Shown here piece by piece: positions 10,091 to 19,348 of a DNA stretch of 64,000 nt. Origin of the DNA: Clostridiales bacterium (GTDB taxonomy: Bacteria; Bacillota; Clostridia; Christensenellales; Pumilibacteraceae); assembly GCA_031276725.1 (NCBI GenBank), contig JAISMM010000002.1, forward strand, positions 1,852 to 65,851, written 5' to 3'. Both the position numbers and the translations under genes were made by a program. The notes beneath the pieces were generated by a model. That model was not told the origin of the DNA, ran no database searches, and worked only from the letters and a program-made list of their open reading frames with translations. How positions within the stretch are numbered: position 1 is the stretch's first letter; each line of letters starts with the position of its first letter.

Positions 10091-11413
10091 TCATATAAAC
10101 ATGGCGGCGAAAAGCGGGTAATGCTCCACTCCCTTGGCGTCGACATATACGTTGCAATTCTTTTCGAGCTTTATGCGGCGTTTGACCGTTTTGTAGTTTT
10201 CGGCTATCGAATCGAGCGATTTCGACAGCAGGCTGTCGCCGGACTTAATTTCGATTGCGGCGGCTACTCCGCCCAAGTTGAACACAAAGTCGACCTCTAA
10301 CTTGCCCTTGCGCTCAAAGTACGTCAGCCGCTTGCCGCTCTTTACGAATATGTCGGCGCAGACATTTTCGACGATGCCGCCCTCGTTAATCGACAGCGCG
10401 TCGCCCAAAAGCGCGGCCTGAACGCCGTCCTCCATCATCGAAATCAAAAGCCCCGTATCGCGCATATAAATCTTAAAGCTGTCGGCGCGTACATTGGCGG
10501 CGAGCGGCAGAGCCGGCTCGTACAGGTTGTGGCAGTAGTTGATTATGCCCGCATCGTACAGCCACGTAAGGCTGCCCTCGTAGCGGCGAGCTCCCGCCGA
10601 CCCCGACCCGGAGCCTGCGTTTTCGATTTCGGCATAGCGGAACTTTTTATTCTTTTTGGCAAGCTGGTTGGGAATACTTTCAAAACACATACGCGCGCGA
10701 CCTTTTTCGGCGCGAGGCGCGTACTTTGTAACGTCGTCGAGATAGCTTGTCGTTATGCTCCGTTGCAGCTGCAAAACCTTGCCGAAGTTATCGGTGCGCG
10801 CAAACGTTTCGACTACTTTGGGCATTCCGCCCGTTATAATATACCAGCCGAAGTACTCGCGCATTTTTTGCAAGACGCCCTCGTCGATCGGCTTTACGGC
10901 GCGGACGCAATCCGCAAGATAGCTCACCGTATCGGGCTTAACGCCCAAACCCCAAAGAAATTCCTCAAAATCCAGCGAATACAAATCGACCGCCGTTTCG
11001 TAACCGGCGGGATACGAACCGACCTCCTTGTAATTGACGCCCAGTAGCGACCCAGACCCGATTACGTCGAAGCGCTTATCGATCGAAAAATTTTTGAACG
11101 CGACGCGCGCGTTGGGGCAGCTTTGAATTTCGTCGAGGAAAATCAGCGTTTCGCCCGGCGTTAAATCCGCGGCGGGAAAGTGGACGCTGAGCCGACGCAA
11201 AACCGACCCGACGTCCAAATCGCCGTCGAATATCGCTTTTTTGTCCGGCGAAGTTTCAAAGTTGATATAGATATAATTTTTGTAATTTTCCTTGGCGAAC
11301 AAATCTATAACGTAGGTTTTGCCGACCTGCCTTGCTCCCTTGACCAAAAGACAGGTTTTGTCCACGTCATTTTTCCACCGCAGCAAAAATTCGCTGAATT
11401 TTCGTTTTAACAT
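10091..11413 (-). CDS. AAA+ ATPase, AAA_14 + DUF4143-like architecture
   Basis: 440-aa ORF. Walker A reads VKGARQVGKTY and Walker B-like reads LIFLDEIQ. The C-terminal half resembles the DUF4143 region of this widespread family. The gene is visibly lower in GC than its neighbours. Confidence 0.85.
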   Translation of the reverse strand: MLKRKFSEFLLRWKNDVDKTCLLVKGARQVGKTYVIDLFAKENYKNYIYINFETSPDKKAIFDGDLDVGSVLRRLSVHFPAADLTPGETLIFLDEIQSCPNARVAFKNFSIDKRFDVIGSGSLLGVNYKEVGSYPAGYETAVDLYSLDFEEFLWGLGVKPDTVSYLADCVRAVKPIDEGVLQKMREYFGWYIITGGMPKVVETFARTDNFGKVLQLQRSITTSYLDDVTKYAPRAEKGRARMCFESIPNQLAKKNKKFRYAEIENAGSGSGSAGARRYEGSLTWLYDAGIINYCHNLYEPALPLAANVRADSFKIYMRDTGLLISMMEDGVQAALLGDALSINEGGIVENVCADIFVKSGKRLTYFERKGKLEVDFVFNLGGVAAAIEIKSGDSLLSKSLDSIAENYKTVKRRIKLEKNCNVYVDAKGVEHYPLFAAMFI

Positions 11414-11450
11414 TGCGCCGCAAAACTCCTTAAAACCGCTTAATGTGGCT

Positions 11451-11479
11451 ATTATATCACATTAAAAAACAAAATGCAA
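11451..11479 (-). promoter_or_regulatory. SigmaA-type promoter of the ATPase gene with an overlapping palindrome
   Basis: The minus strand reads TTGCAT (11479-11474), 17 nt, then TATAAT (11456-11451). The inverted repeat AATGTG-N10-CACATT (11442-11463) brackets the -10. The direct repeats TGCAAGTTTTTCC(C)AC lie at 11475-11490 and 11508-11522. Confidence 0.55.
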
Positions 11480-11538
11480 GTTTTTCCCACGAGTTTGGTT
11501 AACGTTTTGCAAGTTTTTCCACAAGCTATAAAATCACA

Positions 11539-12552
11539 CTATTTTTGCGACATAATTTCGTCTAAGAGGTCGGGGTTGGATAACAGCTTGCCCGCGCCGG
11601 ATATGGCGGCGTATTCGGGGTCGTCGGGGATGTGAGCGTTAAGGGAAAGCTCCGCCGAAAGGAATTCGGAAAGGCCCGTTATAGCGGCGGCGCCGCCCGC
11701 GACGCAAACGCCGGACTTATAGACGTCGGCGGCGATTTCGGGCGGCAGCATATTGACGACGCTCTCGACGGCGTCGCGCACGCGCATATAGTAGGGGCGC
11801 AGGACGGCCGTTACGTCGGACGCCTTGACCCTTGCCGACGAAAGAGTTTTTGTCGAGAGGTCTATGCCGTGCGCGTCGGCGTAGGAAATATCGTTTTCAA
11901 AAAGCGTGCCGATTTCGGTCTTGATTTTGCGCGCGCCGAGGAGCCCGATTTTAAGGTTGTAGCGCCCCGCGATACGGTCTATAAGCGCCTTATCCATAAG
12001 GTTGCCGCCGATGGTTACGCCGCACGCCGATATGACGCCCGACAGCGCCAGCGCGGCGATTTCGGTTATGCCGCCGCCTATATTGACGACGAGTCCGCCG
12101 GTGGCGGTGTTGAACGGAATATCGGCGCCCACGCCCGACAGAATAATATTCTCGACCATAGTAACCTCGCGCACGAACGCCGAGCGGACGACGCCCTCGT
12201 ACATTCTGCGCTCCTCGACCGTAAGCCCCGTCGGGACGCCCAAAATCGCCCTTATGCGCGGAAAGAACACAAAGCTGTCGGGCAGAATTTTTTTGACGAA
12301 CTCGCGGAGCATTTGCCCGCACGCCTCGGGATCGCTTATTACGCCGTCGGTTACCGGGGAAACGACCGTCGTTTTTTCGGGCGCCTTGCCGAGCATCTCG
12401 TAAGCCGCCTTGCCCACCGCGCGGATCTTGCCTCTTTGCGGCCCGCCCGAAAACGCTATCGCCGTAGGCTCGCGCAGAACGACGCCGTTGCCCGAAACAA
12501 AAATCGACGTGTTGGAAGTTCCGATATCGACCGCGATTTCTAAAACTGCCAT
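11539..12552 (-). CDS. mreB: Rod-shape-determining actin-like protein MreB/Mbl family
   Basis: 337 aa with DIGTSNT phosphate-1 and NIGGGITEIA motifs. It sits next to maf, and its ATG overlaps the maf stop (TAATG). Confidence 0.9.
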   Translation of the reverse strand: MAVLEIAVDIGTSNTSIFVSGNGVVLREPTAIAFSGGPQRGKIRAVGKAAYEMLGKAPEKTTVVSPVTDGVISDPEACGQMLREFVKKILPDSFVFFPRIRAILGVPTGLTVEERRMYEGVVRSAFVREVTMVENIILSGVGADIPFNTATGGLVVNIGGGITEIAALALSGVISACGVTIGGNLMDKALIDRIAGRYNLKIGLLGARKIKTEIGTLFENDISYADAHGIDLSTKTLSSARVKASDVTAVLRPYYMRVRDAVESVVNMLPPEIAADVYKSGVCVAGGAAAITGLSEFLSAELSLNAHIPDDPEYAAISGAGKLLSNPDLLDEIMSQK

Positions 12553-13181
12553 TAAACGAACTTCTCCTTCAAAATTTTTAGAACCGCCGCGACGGGCAAG
12601 CCGATCACGTTATCGGCGTCGCCGTCTATACCCTTGATAAGCGGACGGATTTCGGCATCCTGAACGCCGTAGCCGCCGGCCTTGTCGAAAGGCTTGCCGG
12701 ATTCTATATAATTATACACTATTTTGTCGTCGAACGCACCAAAAGCGACGTATGTTTTTTCATAAATTTTAAGTTTTTTGCCCGCAAAGACGAAACAGAC
12801 GCCCGTGTAAACCTCGTGAACGCGCCCGCACAGCGATTTTAGCGTCGCGGCGGCGTCCGCCCTGTCGCGCGGCTTGCCCAACGGCGCGCCGTCCAAAAAG
12901 ACGAGAGTGTCGGCGCCAAGCACTAAAATTCCGCCGTTTTCGTCCGCTTCGGCGGCTCCCATTGAAACTAACCGGCTATAAACCGACTCCGCCTTTAATT
13001 CGGCAAGGCGCATAACGGCGTCCGCGGGCGGCTCGCCGTCCTTTAAGATTTCGGGACAACCGAGCGCGGGCATAACCGTAAAGGCTACGCCCGCTCTTTT
13101 TAGAAGCTCCGCGCGCCGGGGCGACGCCGACGCCAAAACGAGCTTAGAGTATTTCAAGATTTTTTTTGTAGGCGCGGGCAA
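12552..13181 (-). CDS. maf: Maf-like nucleoside triphosphate pyrophosphatase / septum formation protein
   Basis: Contains LASASPRRAELL, GADTLV and GGYGVQD motifs, in classical maf-mreB synteny. The start is uncertain: TTG at 13181 or an internal TTG near 13157. Confidence 0.88.
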   Translation of the reverse strand: MPAPTKKILKYSKLVLASASPRRAELLKRAGVAFTVMPALGCPEILKDGEPPADAVMRLAELKAESVYSRLVSMGAAEADENGGILVLGADTLVFLDGAPLGKPRDRADAAATLKSLCGRVHEVYTGVCFVFAGKKLKIYEKTYVAFGAFDDKIVYNYIESGKPFDKAGGYGVQDAEIRPLIKGIDGDADNVIGLPVAAVLKILKEKFV

Positions 13182-14658
13182 AGTCGGCGCCCGCCGTGAG
13201 CGCGTCCTTGATTTCGAGCGAGCAGTCGCCCTCGACCTCGGTTTTCATAATGACCGAGTCGCCCAAAACGTCGCAGTTGAGCGTCTTGACCGACCCCGAC
13301 ATAGAACGGTCGAGGCTTTCGGCTATGCGCAGAATGACCGACAGCTTCATCACCGCCACCAAATCCTCCTCGCGCAAAATGTCCTTGTAGCGGTTCCATT
13401 CCGCCATATTGAACTCGTCGCTCCTGTGGCCTTGGGCGACGAACGCCGACAGCACAAGGTCGCGGTGCGAGATTCCCAACAGGTTCGAGTTGACTATAAA
13501 ATAGAACGAGTGCTTGGGGTGGTCGTAGTACTTTATGCGCATTCCCGCGTCGTGAAGGAGCGCCGCCACGCGCAAGACCTTGACGTACTGACGCGGCAGC
13601 TTGTGCAGTACGCGCAATTGCTTGTACAGCTGAATCGACAGGTTGCAGACGTGTTCGGCGTGCGGAATGTTCACCTCGTAATGGTTGAGCATAGTGTAAA
13701 CCGAATGACCCAAAACGTCGGTAATCGGCTTTTCGGAGGTGGCGGGAACGGCGTGGTTGAATATGATTCCCTCGCGGATTCCCGAGCCCGATATAACTAT
13801 GTTGCGGTAGCCCGTGTAGTCGAAAAAGCCCTTAATGCACGCGAGCGCCGACGAAAATATGTCGGCCCTCTCGACGCTGAGCCCCTTTATTTTGGTGCGC
13901 TTGTCCGCGTCTAACGCCTTGACCATATCGTAAATCGAATTGAAGTCGGCGAGCGGCACGTTAAAGTTGTGTATCATATCGAACGGATACCGTTTAAGGC
14001 GCTTGCAAATCTTGGCGAGATTGCGGAACGAGCCGCCCACGCCGATAAACTGCACGTCCGGGTCGAGCTCCTTTAACCACGTTACCTGCGAAAACTGATC
14101 CTTTACGTAGGACTCGATCATCTCGGCCTGCTGAGCCGACGTCATATTCGGGTCGTTGAACAAGTCCGAAAGCGTTATCGTTCCGAACGGCAGATTTTCG
14201 CGCGCCAAAAGATTGCGGCGGTTGTAGTGTATAAGCTGCGTACTGCTGCCCGACATATCCATAATGATCGCCTTGGGAATGTCCATCGAGTTGATTACGC
14301 CGTGATAAATATGAACGGCCTCCTCCTCCTCGCTGAGCACCTTAAACTTAAACCCGCATGTCGAACTGACTTCCTCTAAAAAACTCTTTTGATTCTTCGC
14401 CCTGCGAACCGCGTTCGTCGCCACCGCGTACACCTTGTCCACGCCGTAGCTGTCGCACAGCTTGCGGAACATTCTGAGCGTCCTGACGGCTTGGGCGACC
14501 CGCGAGGGCTTCAAAAAGCCGTCGCGCTCCATATCCTGACCCAACCGCACCTGCTCTTTAAGCTCGTCAAAGACCACAAAATGCCCCTCGGGAAGTATGT
14601 TCGCGATTACAAGCCGCGCCGAATTGCTTCCCAAATCGATTACCGCTATTCTTTCCAC
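13144..14658 (-). CDS. ppx: Ppx/GppA-family exopolyphosphatase with C-terminal HD domain
   Basis: 504 aa with a GTG start and AGGAGAG SD. The N-terminus reads IAVIDLGSNSARLVI, followed by GVGGSFRN. HDAG and an HPKH-type HD region lie in the C-terminal half. Confidence 0.9.
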   Translation of the reverse strand: MERIAVIDLGSNSARLVIANILPEGHFVVFDELKEQVRLGQDMERDGFLKPSRVAQAVRTLRMFRKLCDSYGVDKVYAVATNAVRRAKNQKSFLEEVSSTCGFKFKVLSEEEEAVHIYHGVINSMDIPKAIIMDMSGSSTQLIHYNRRNLLARENLPFGTITLSDLFNDPNMTSAQQAEMIESYVKDQFSQVTWLKELDPDVQFIGVGGSFRNLAKICKRLKRYPFDMIHNFNVPLADFNSIYDMVKALDADKRTKIKGLSVERADIFSSALACIKGFFDYTGYRNIVISGSGIREGIIFNHAVPATSEKPITDVLGHSVYTMLNHYEVNIPHAEHVCNLSIQLYKQLRVLHKLPRQYVKVLRVAALLHDAGMRIKYYDHPKHSFYFIVNSNLLGISHRDLVLSAFVAQGHRSDEFNMAEWNRYKDILREEDLVAVMKLSVILRIAESLDRSMSGSVKTLNCDVLGDSVIMKTEVEGDCSLEIKDALTAGADFARAYKKNLEIL

Positions 14659-14910
14659 TGTATTTTTTCTCTCCTACTTTCCGGCTAACCGTATTTTTCG
14701 TTTGAATTTATTTTATATGAATTTTTCAAATCTAAAAGCTAACCACTATGCATTATATCACACTTTTACGCTCTTGTATAGACCCTTTCCCAAAATAATC
14801 TAACTAAATTAATCGCGGCTTTTTTGTATATTTTGTATACTAATGCGTTTTTATCGGGAAACGACTATTTGCCGTCCTCTAAAAATCCCCTTTTTTTCAA
14901 GCGGCTGCCG

Positions 14911-15215
14911 CTTAATAATTGAACCACCCCTCGCCAAAGGCGGCACGAACCGAGCCGTCGCACGGCGGTTTATATATGCCGCCTACAATGACCCTTACCA
15001 CCCCGGCACCTACGGTGCCACCCCTCCCCGGAGGGGAATTTGGGGAATAGCCGATTGCGGCGGGCAGAAAACCACCCCGGCACCTACGGTGCCACCCCTC
15101 CATAGAGGGGAATTATAGAGGCGAGGCGCTACATAGAGGGGAATTTTGGGGAATGGCAAGGCGGGCAAAAATTCCCCAAGGCATTACGCCAAAGGGAATT
15201 TTTGATAGTATTCCG
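14911..15215. repeat. Cluster of REP-like units (GGGGAAT family)
   Basis: Example unit at 14998-15039: ccaccccGGCACCtacGGTGCCacccctccccggaggggaat. A second unit follows, then degenerate GAGGGGAAT halves. The lead-in cttaataattgaaccacccc is identical to 37001-37020. Confidence 0.7.
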
Positions 15216-15254
15216 TTAGCCCATCCTCCCGCCCGACGGTAATTCACCGTCCGA

Positions 15255-15414
15255 TAAAACTCCGGACAAGCTTAGACGGCTTTAAGAGGCGTCTTTTTTG
15301 CCGCGAATTTCCTTCTTTTTTTTGGCAATAGCGGCGCTATCGCCCGCAAAAGCAAGTCAATTTCTATCTAAAAAATTCGCCGGATTAAACCCGCCGCACT
15401 TGTACGGAGTTTTC
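15255..15414. mobile_element. MITE-like element, copy 1 (160 bp)
   Basis: Termini are (T)AAAACTCCGGACAAG ... CTTGTACGGAGTTTTC. The interior is an imperfect palindrome around GGCAATAGCGGCGCTATCGCC. It contains no ORF. Confidence 0.6.
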
Positions 15415-15427
15415 GCCAAGGGGGAGA

Positions 15428-17098
15428 TTAGTTGTTCTTGCGGCGTTTTTTTAATCCCCTGCGCATAATGAAGAATATACCCGTTAAGCCCAAGGATATA
15501 AAGGTTACGGTTATAAGAACGTCGCCGGGGGCGCCGGACAGAGCGCTGCCGCAGCCGCCGGAGGCTCCCGCGGCTCCCGCGAGGCCGGTATCGCCCTTGT
15601 CGCCTTTATCGCCCTTAGCGCCCGCCGCTCCGGGTTCGCCGGTGTCGCCCTTGGGCCCCGTAAGATCCACGGGTTCGGCGGGGTCGCGGTTGAGGGTGAA
15701 CGTATCGACTACTTGGTCGACGGTATTTGCCGCGCCGGTGCGGTACGTGGTTACGGTGAACGACGTGGCCGTTACGTCCACGCGGCTGATATTGGGAGTG
15801 TTCTCCTGATTTTCCTTAGCCACGAACGTAAAGTCGGTCGGCGTAAGCGCGTAATACTTGCTGCCGGACGCGGAGTTACATTCGATGTAAAGCGTTTCGG
15901 CGGGGTCGCTCTTTGTGTACGACGAGCGCGCCTCGCCGCCGCCGTAGCCCTCGGTAACGGCCCGCATACCCTTCATCATAAGCGAGCGGGTGTAAACGTG
16001 GTCGTGGCCCGCCAGAACGACGTCGATCCCCAGGCGCGAGAACAGGGGCGAAAGCTCGTTTCTGCGCTCGCGGATGTCGCCGTCGGTGGTGTGGGTCGCG
16101 CTCGAATAGATAGCGTGGTGGAACGTTACGACCTTCCACAGCGGGTCGGCGCCGTTTATCGCCTTGTAAGCGGCGATTGCCTGCTCCAAGAACGCGGCGT
16201 GCTGAGCCGTACTGCGGTTATTGGAGTTGATCGACATAAACAACACGCCGTTGTAGGCGAAGTAGTAGTCGCCCGTCCCCTCTATGGTCGCTCTCGACAG
16301 CCCGAGCGTGGGACTCGAATTGGGCATAAAGAAGTGTTCCGAATAGTTGTGAACGTCCGAAGTAGTCGAGGTGTCGTGGTTGCCGACGTTAGTCGCCAGC
16401 GTAACCTCGCGAAGGTAGTCAGGCGCTAAAAACGCGTCGTACTGCGATTCGGTGGCGGCCGTTTCGACTTGGTCGCCGAGCGTAATCATAAAGTCGACGT
16501 CGGGGAACCATTCCTCCGCCTTTGTGAGGGCTGTCGCCCAGCCCGCGGTGCCTTTGGGGTCGGCGCCGCCGTTCTCGGTGCCGCCGGAACCCAACTGCGG
16601 GTCGCCCGCCGCCAAGAAGCTGAAAGACGAACCGAAGTCGCCCGTTTTGAACGTGTAGACGTTGGACCAAGCGTCCGCGTTACCCGCGCGGTAGGCGTAT
16701 TCGGTGTTTGCCTCTAAGCCGGTAACGGTGGCGCGGAACCCCGAAAAGTCCGTTATTTGGGTGGTCGCCTTGCGGTTTGCGTAGTAGGTTTTGAACGAGC
16801 CCGGAGCCGTGGGGAGCGCGTCCGACACAAGTTCGCTTTTTAGCGCTACCTGAACATAGCCGAGTTTATTCGATTTGGCGTACCAAACCACGTTGCGCTC
16901 GCTTTCGGTCGCGCCGATATTGAGTACTAAGCCTTTAAGATTTTCGTCCGCGCCGCCGCTCATGGGGTCGGCGTTTACTACGGACGCGTTATTCGCGCCA
17001 AAGGCGGCGAACGAAAAAATTACCGCCGCTAAAAGCCCTATTATAAGGGCGGGTATAAGCAGCTTTTTTACCTTGTTTTTTGCGATAGTGTTTTCCAT
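15428..17098 (-). CDS. Secreted metallophosphoesterase (purple-acid-phosphatase-like) with collagen-like G-X-Y linker and C-terminal TM anchor
   Basis: 556 aa with an N-terminal signal/TM segment. Calcineurin-like motifs GDPQLG, GDQVE, GNHD and GHDHVY are present. The C-terminus reads GPKGDTGEPGAAGAKGDKGDKGDTGLAGAAGASGG, then VLITVTFISLGLTGIFFIMRRGLKKRRKNN. Confidence 0.85.
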   Translation of the reverse strand: MENTIAKNKVKKLLIPALIIGLLAAVIFSFAAFGANNASVVNADPMSGGADENLKGLVLNIGATESERNVVWYAKSNKLGYVQVALKSELVSDALPTAPGSFKTYYANRKATTQITDFSGFRATVTGLEANTEYAYRAGNADAWSNVYTFKTGDFGSSFSFLAAGDPQLGSGGTENGGADPKGTAGWATALTKAEEWFPDVDFMITLGDQVETAATESQYDAFLAPDYLREVTLATNVGNHDTSTTSDVHNYSEHFFMPNSSPTLGLSRATIEGTGDYYFAYNGVLFMSINSNNRSTAQHAAFLEQAIAAYKAINGADPLWKVVTFHHAIYSSATHTTDGDIRERRNELSPLFSRLGIDVVLAGHDHVYTRSLMMKGMRAVTEGYGGGEARSSYTKSDPAETLYIECNSASGSKYYALTPTDFTFVAKENQENTPNISRVDVTATSFTVTTYRTGAANTVDQVVDTFTLNRDPAEPVDLTGPKGDTGEPGAAGAKGDKGDKGDTGLAGAAGASGGCGSALSGAPGDVLITVTFISLGLTGIFFIMRRGLKKRRKNN

Positions 17099-17166
17099 TT
17101 TGGATTCTCCTTTTTTTTGATTTTTTGTCTTTTTTTACAGTTCCGAATTGTGCTATCTATATCGAA

Positions 17167-17324
17167 ACCTCTTCATAGGTTCAGTCGGCTTTAAGACGCG
17201 TCTTTTTTGCCGGAAAACCGCCTTATTTTATTGCCGATAGCTCCGCTATCGCCTGCAAAAACAAGTCGCTTTCCGTCTAAAAAAATCCGTCGGCTTAAAG
17301 CCGCCGCGCTTATTCGGAGTTTTC
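17167..17324. mobile_element. MITE-like element, copy 2 (158 bp, left end diverged)
   Basis: The right terminus is CTTATTCGGAGTTTTC and the interior is colinear with copy 1. It is flanked by the 7-bp direct repeat TATCGAA at 17160-17166 and 17325-17331. Confidence 0.6.
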
Positions 17325-17365
17325 TATCGAACGGCGCACGGCGTCCCGCGCGTCCGCATTATTGT

Positions 17366-18828
17366 CTAATTATTGTTATCGCCCGGCGGCTTTTGCGCCC
17401 GCTTTTTCGGCTTCGGCGGCGGCTCGGGCGGCTTTTCCGTTTCGGCGGCCGATTCGGGCGGCTTTTCGGGTGGCTTTTCGGTCAAATTTTCGGTTTTTGC
17501 GGCGTTTTTAGTCAAATTTTCCGCGTCGGCGACCGATTCGGCCACGCCGCGAATCTGTTCGGCGTAAGCGTCTACGGCGAGCGTGTCCCCGACCGCCGCT
17601 CCGACAAACTCTCCGACGGGCTCCGGCGCGGCGATTGCTCCGCGCGGCTTTATGCCGTGCAGATAAGCGCAAACGGCGGCGGTGAGCGGCACGGCGGCGA
17701 TTACGGCAAGACTGCCCGTCAGCCCGTGAACGATTTCGATTCCGACGTAATCGGAGCTCATAATGCGGTTAAAGTCCGACCCCGTCGCCATAAGCGTCAA
17801 GAACAGCCCCAACGCCCCGCCCGCGAACGCCAAAATCAGCGTTTGGCACATAGAACCGATCATATCGCGCCCGACCTCTATCCCCGAGCGGAACAGCTCA
17901 TTTTGCGGCGTGTCGGGACGCTTTTGCAAAAGCTCGTACATGGCGGCGGAGACCGATACGGTCGTGTCCGTAACCGCGCCTATCGACGCGACGAGCACCT
18001 CGGCGAACAGCACGTCGGCTAAACGCAGGCCCGTCGCGCGCGAGGTCAGTATAAGGGTGTCGGTTTCGGCTATGTTGTAGCCGCTTACGGCGGTCAGCCC
18101 GGTCATAAGCACGAAAAACAGCCCCGACAAAAGTACGCCCGCGCACGTCGCGATGAGCGCGGTATACGTCTTTTTGCCGAAGCCGTTCAATAGTAAAAGC
18201 GAAAACGCCGCCCCGACCGTAACCGTTATGATCGACGCCAAGACGGGCGAAAACCCGCGATAGACGCATGGCAGCAAAAACGCGAGTATGAAAAATATTT
18301 GGACTCCCAAGCCTAAAACGCTGCGAAGTCCCTTAAAGCGGCCGACCAAAACCATAGCCGCCACAAATACGCAGAGCGCCGCAAAAATTCCCGGCAGGCG
18401 GTCGTAGTTATAAAGACTAAAATAGGACGGTACACCCCCCCCGGCATATCCGTCTTGATTACAACGCGCGTACCCTTGCTTACGCGTATGGAATGCTCGC
18501 GCACCAAAATATTTTCGACTTCGACTTCCGCGCCCTTCATAGCGCCGCTCTTAAAGCGCACTTTGATTATTTGGCGGCCTATCATTCTGCCCGGCAAATC
18601 CTCCGCCTCTTCGAGCGACTCTTCGATAACCGCCGTTACGACCGCCTTTTCGTACGAAATCGTTTCGGAATTGTATAGCGTAGGAACCACCGGCCGCGCC
18701 GCGTTGAGCCACAAAACGCCCGCCGACAAAAGCGCGAACGCCGCCGCGGCAAGCAGCGTCGGAATCAAATTCCGTCGGCTCCTCGCCCACAGCGCGACCT
18801 TGTTAAAAATCTTAACCGGCGTTCTCAT
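17366..18828 (-). pseudogene. YibE/F-family membrane protein interrupted by a frameshift in a G8 homopolymer
   Basis: ORFs 18313..18846 (N-terminal TM plus extracytoplasmic domain) and 17366..18364 (polytopic YibE/F core) overlap in different frames. Adding one G to the C8 run at 18435-18442 fuses them to read ...KTDMPGGGVPSYFSLYNYDRLPGIFAALCVFVAAMVLVGRFKGLRS. Confidence 0.75.
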
Positions 18829-19004
18829 TTGTATCCATAATACCACACTTTGCGGGATTCGATATGATAGTGAGAGTAAAATCTATGTAAAATTTTCCCG
18901 TAGGACGCGGACAAACCGCGCCCTAAACCGGATCTTATCGTCAATAAACGGCGCCATAAAAAATCCCCCCCTAAGCTTGCCCGCACTCTCCCGGCTATTA
19001 CCCA

Positions 19005-19232
19005 AAATTCCCTCCGCGGGAATCGGAGATTCCCAAAAAAGAGGTGGCGGCGAATGCCGACGGGGTGGTTGGTTGCCCGCCGCACGGCGGTTTATATATG
19101 CCGCCTACTAAGACCCTTACCACCCCGGCACCTATGGTGCCACCCCTCCCCTGAGGGGAATTATAGAGACGAGGCACTCCGCAGAGGGGAATTTAACAGA
19201 CAAGCCGAGTGCGGCGGACAAACAACCGCCCC
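19005..19232. repeat. Cluster of REP-like units (GGGGAAT family)
   Basis: Contains gaggtggcggcgaatgccgacggggtgg, ccaccccggcacctatggtgccacccctcccctgaggggaat and ctccgcagaggggaat. It shares the cacggcggtttatatatgccgcctac segment with 14961-14986. Confidence 0.7.
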
Positions 19233-19348
19233 GGCAAAAGCAAAAGCCGACAGACGCGTGTATATAAAGCCGACAGACGCGCGCGTATATTTAATGCGTA
19301 AGCGGCGCGGGTTTTGCGTTCGGCGTCATAACGGCCCTTTTGCCCGCT

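Noticed and set aside
11632-12543. 303-aa plus-strand ORF antisense to mreB. Similar long antisense ORFs occur at 35785-36591, 17207-18022, 15713-16429, 5690-6301, 23804-24637 and 48448-49158.
   Set aside because: These are shadow ORFs typical of high-GC coding DNA. Their products are Arg/Gly/Ala-rich with no recognisable motifs, and each is fully contained in a well-supported gene on the other strand.
18313-18364. Treating 18313..18846 and 17366..18364 as two separate overlapping genes
   Set aside because: Together they reconstitute one YibE/F-type protein once a single G is added in the G8 tract. The downstream ORF has only a GTG start with no SD.
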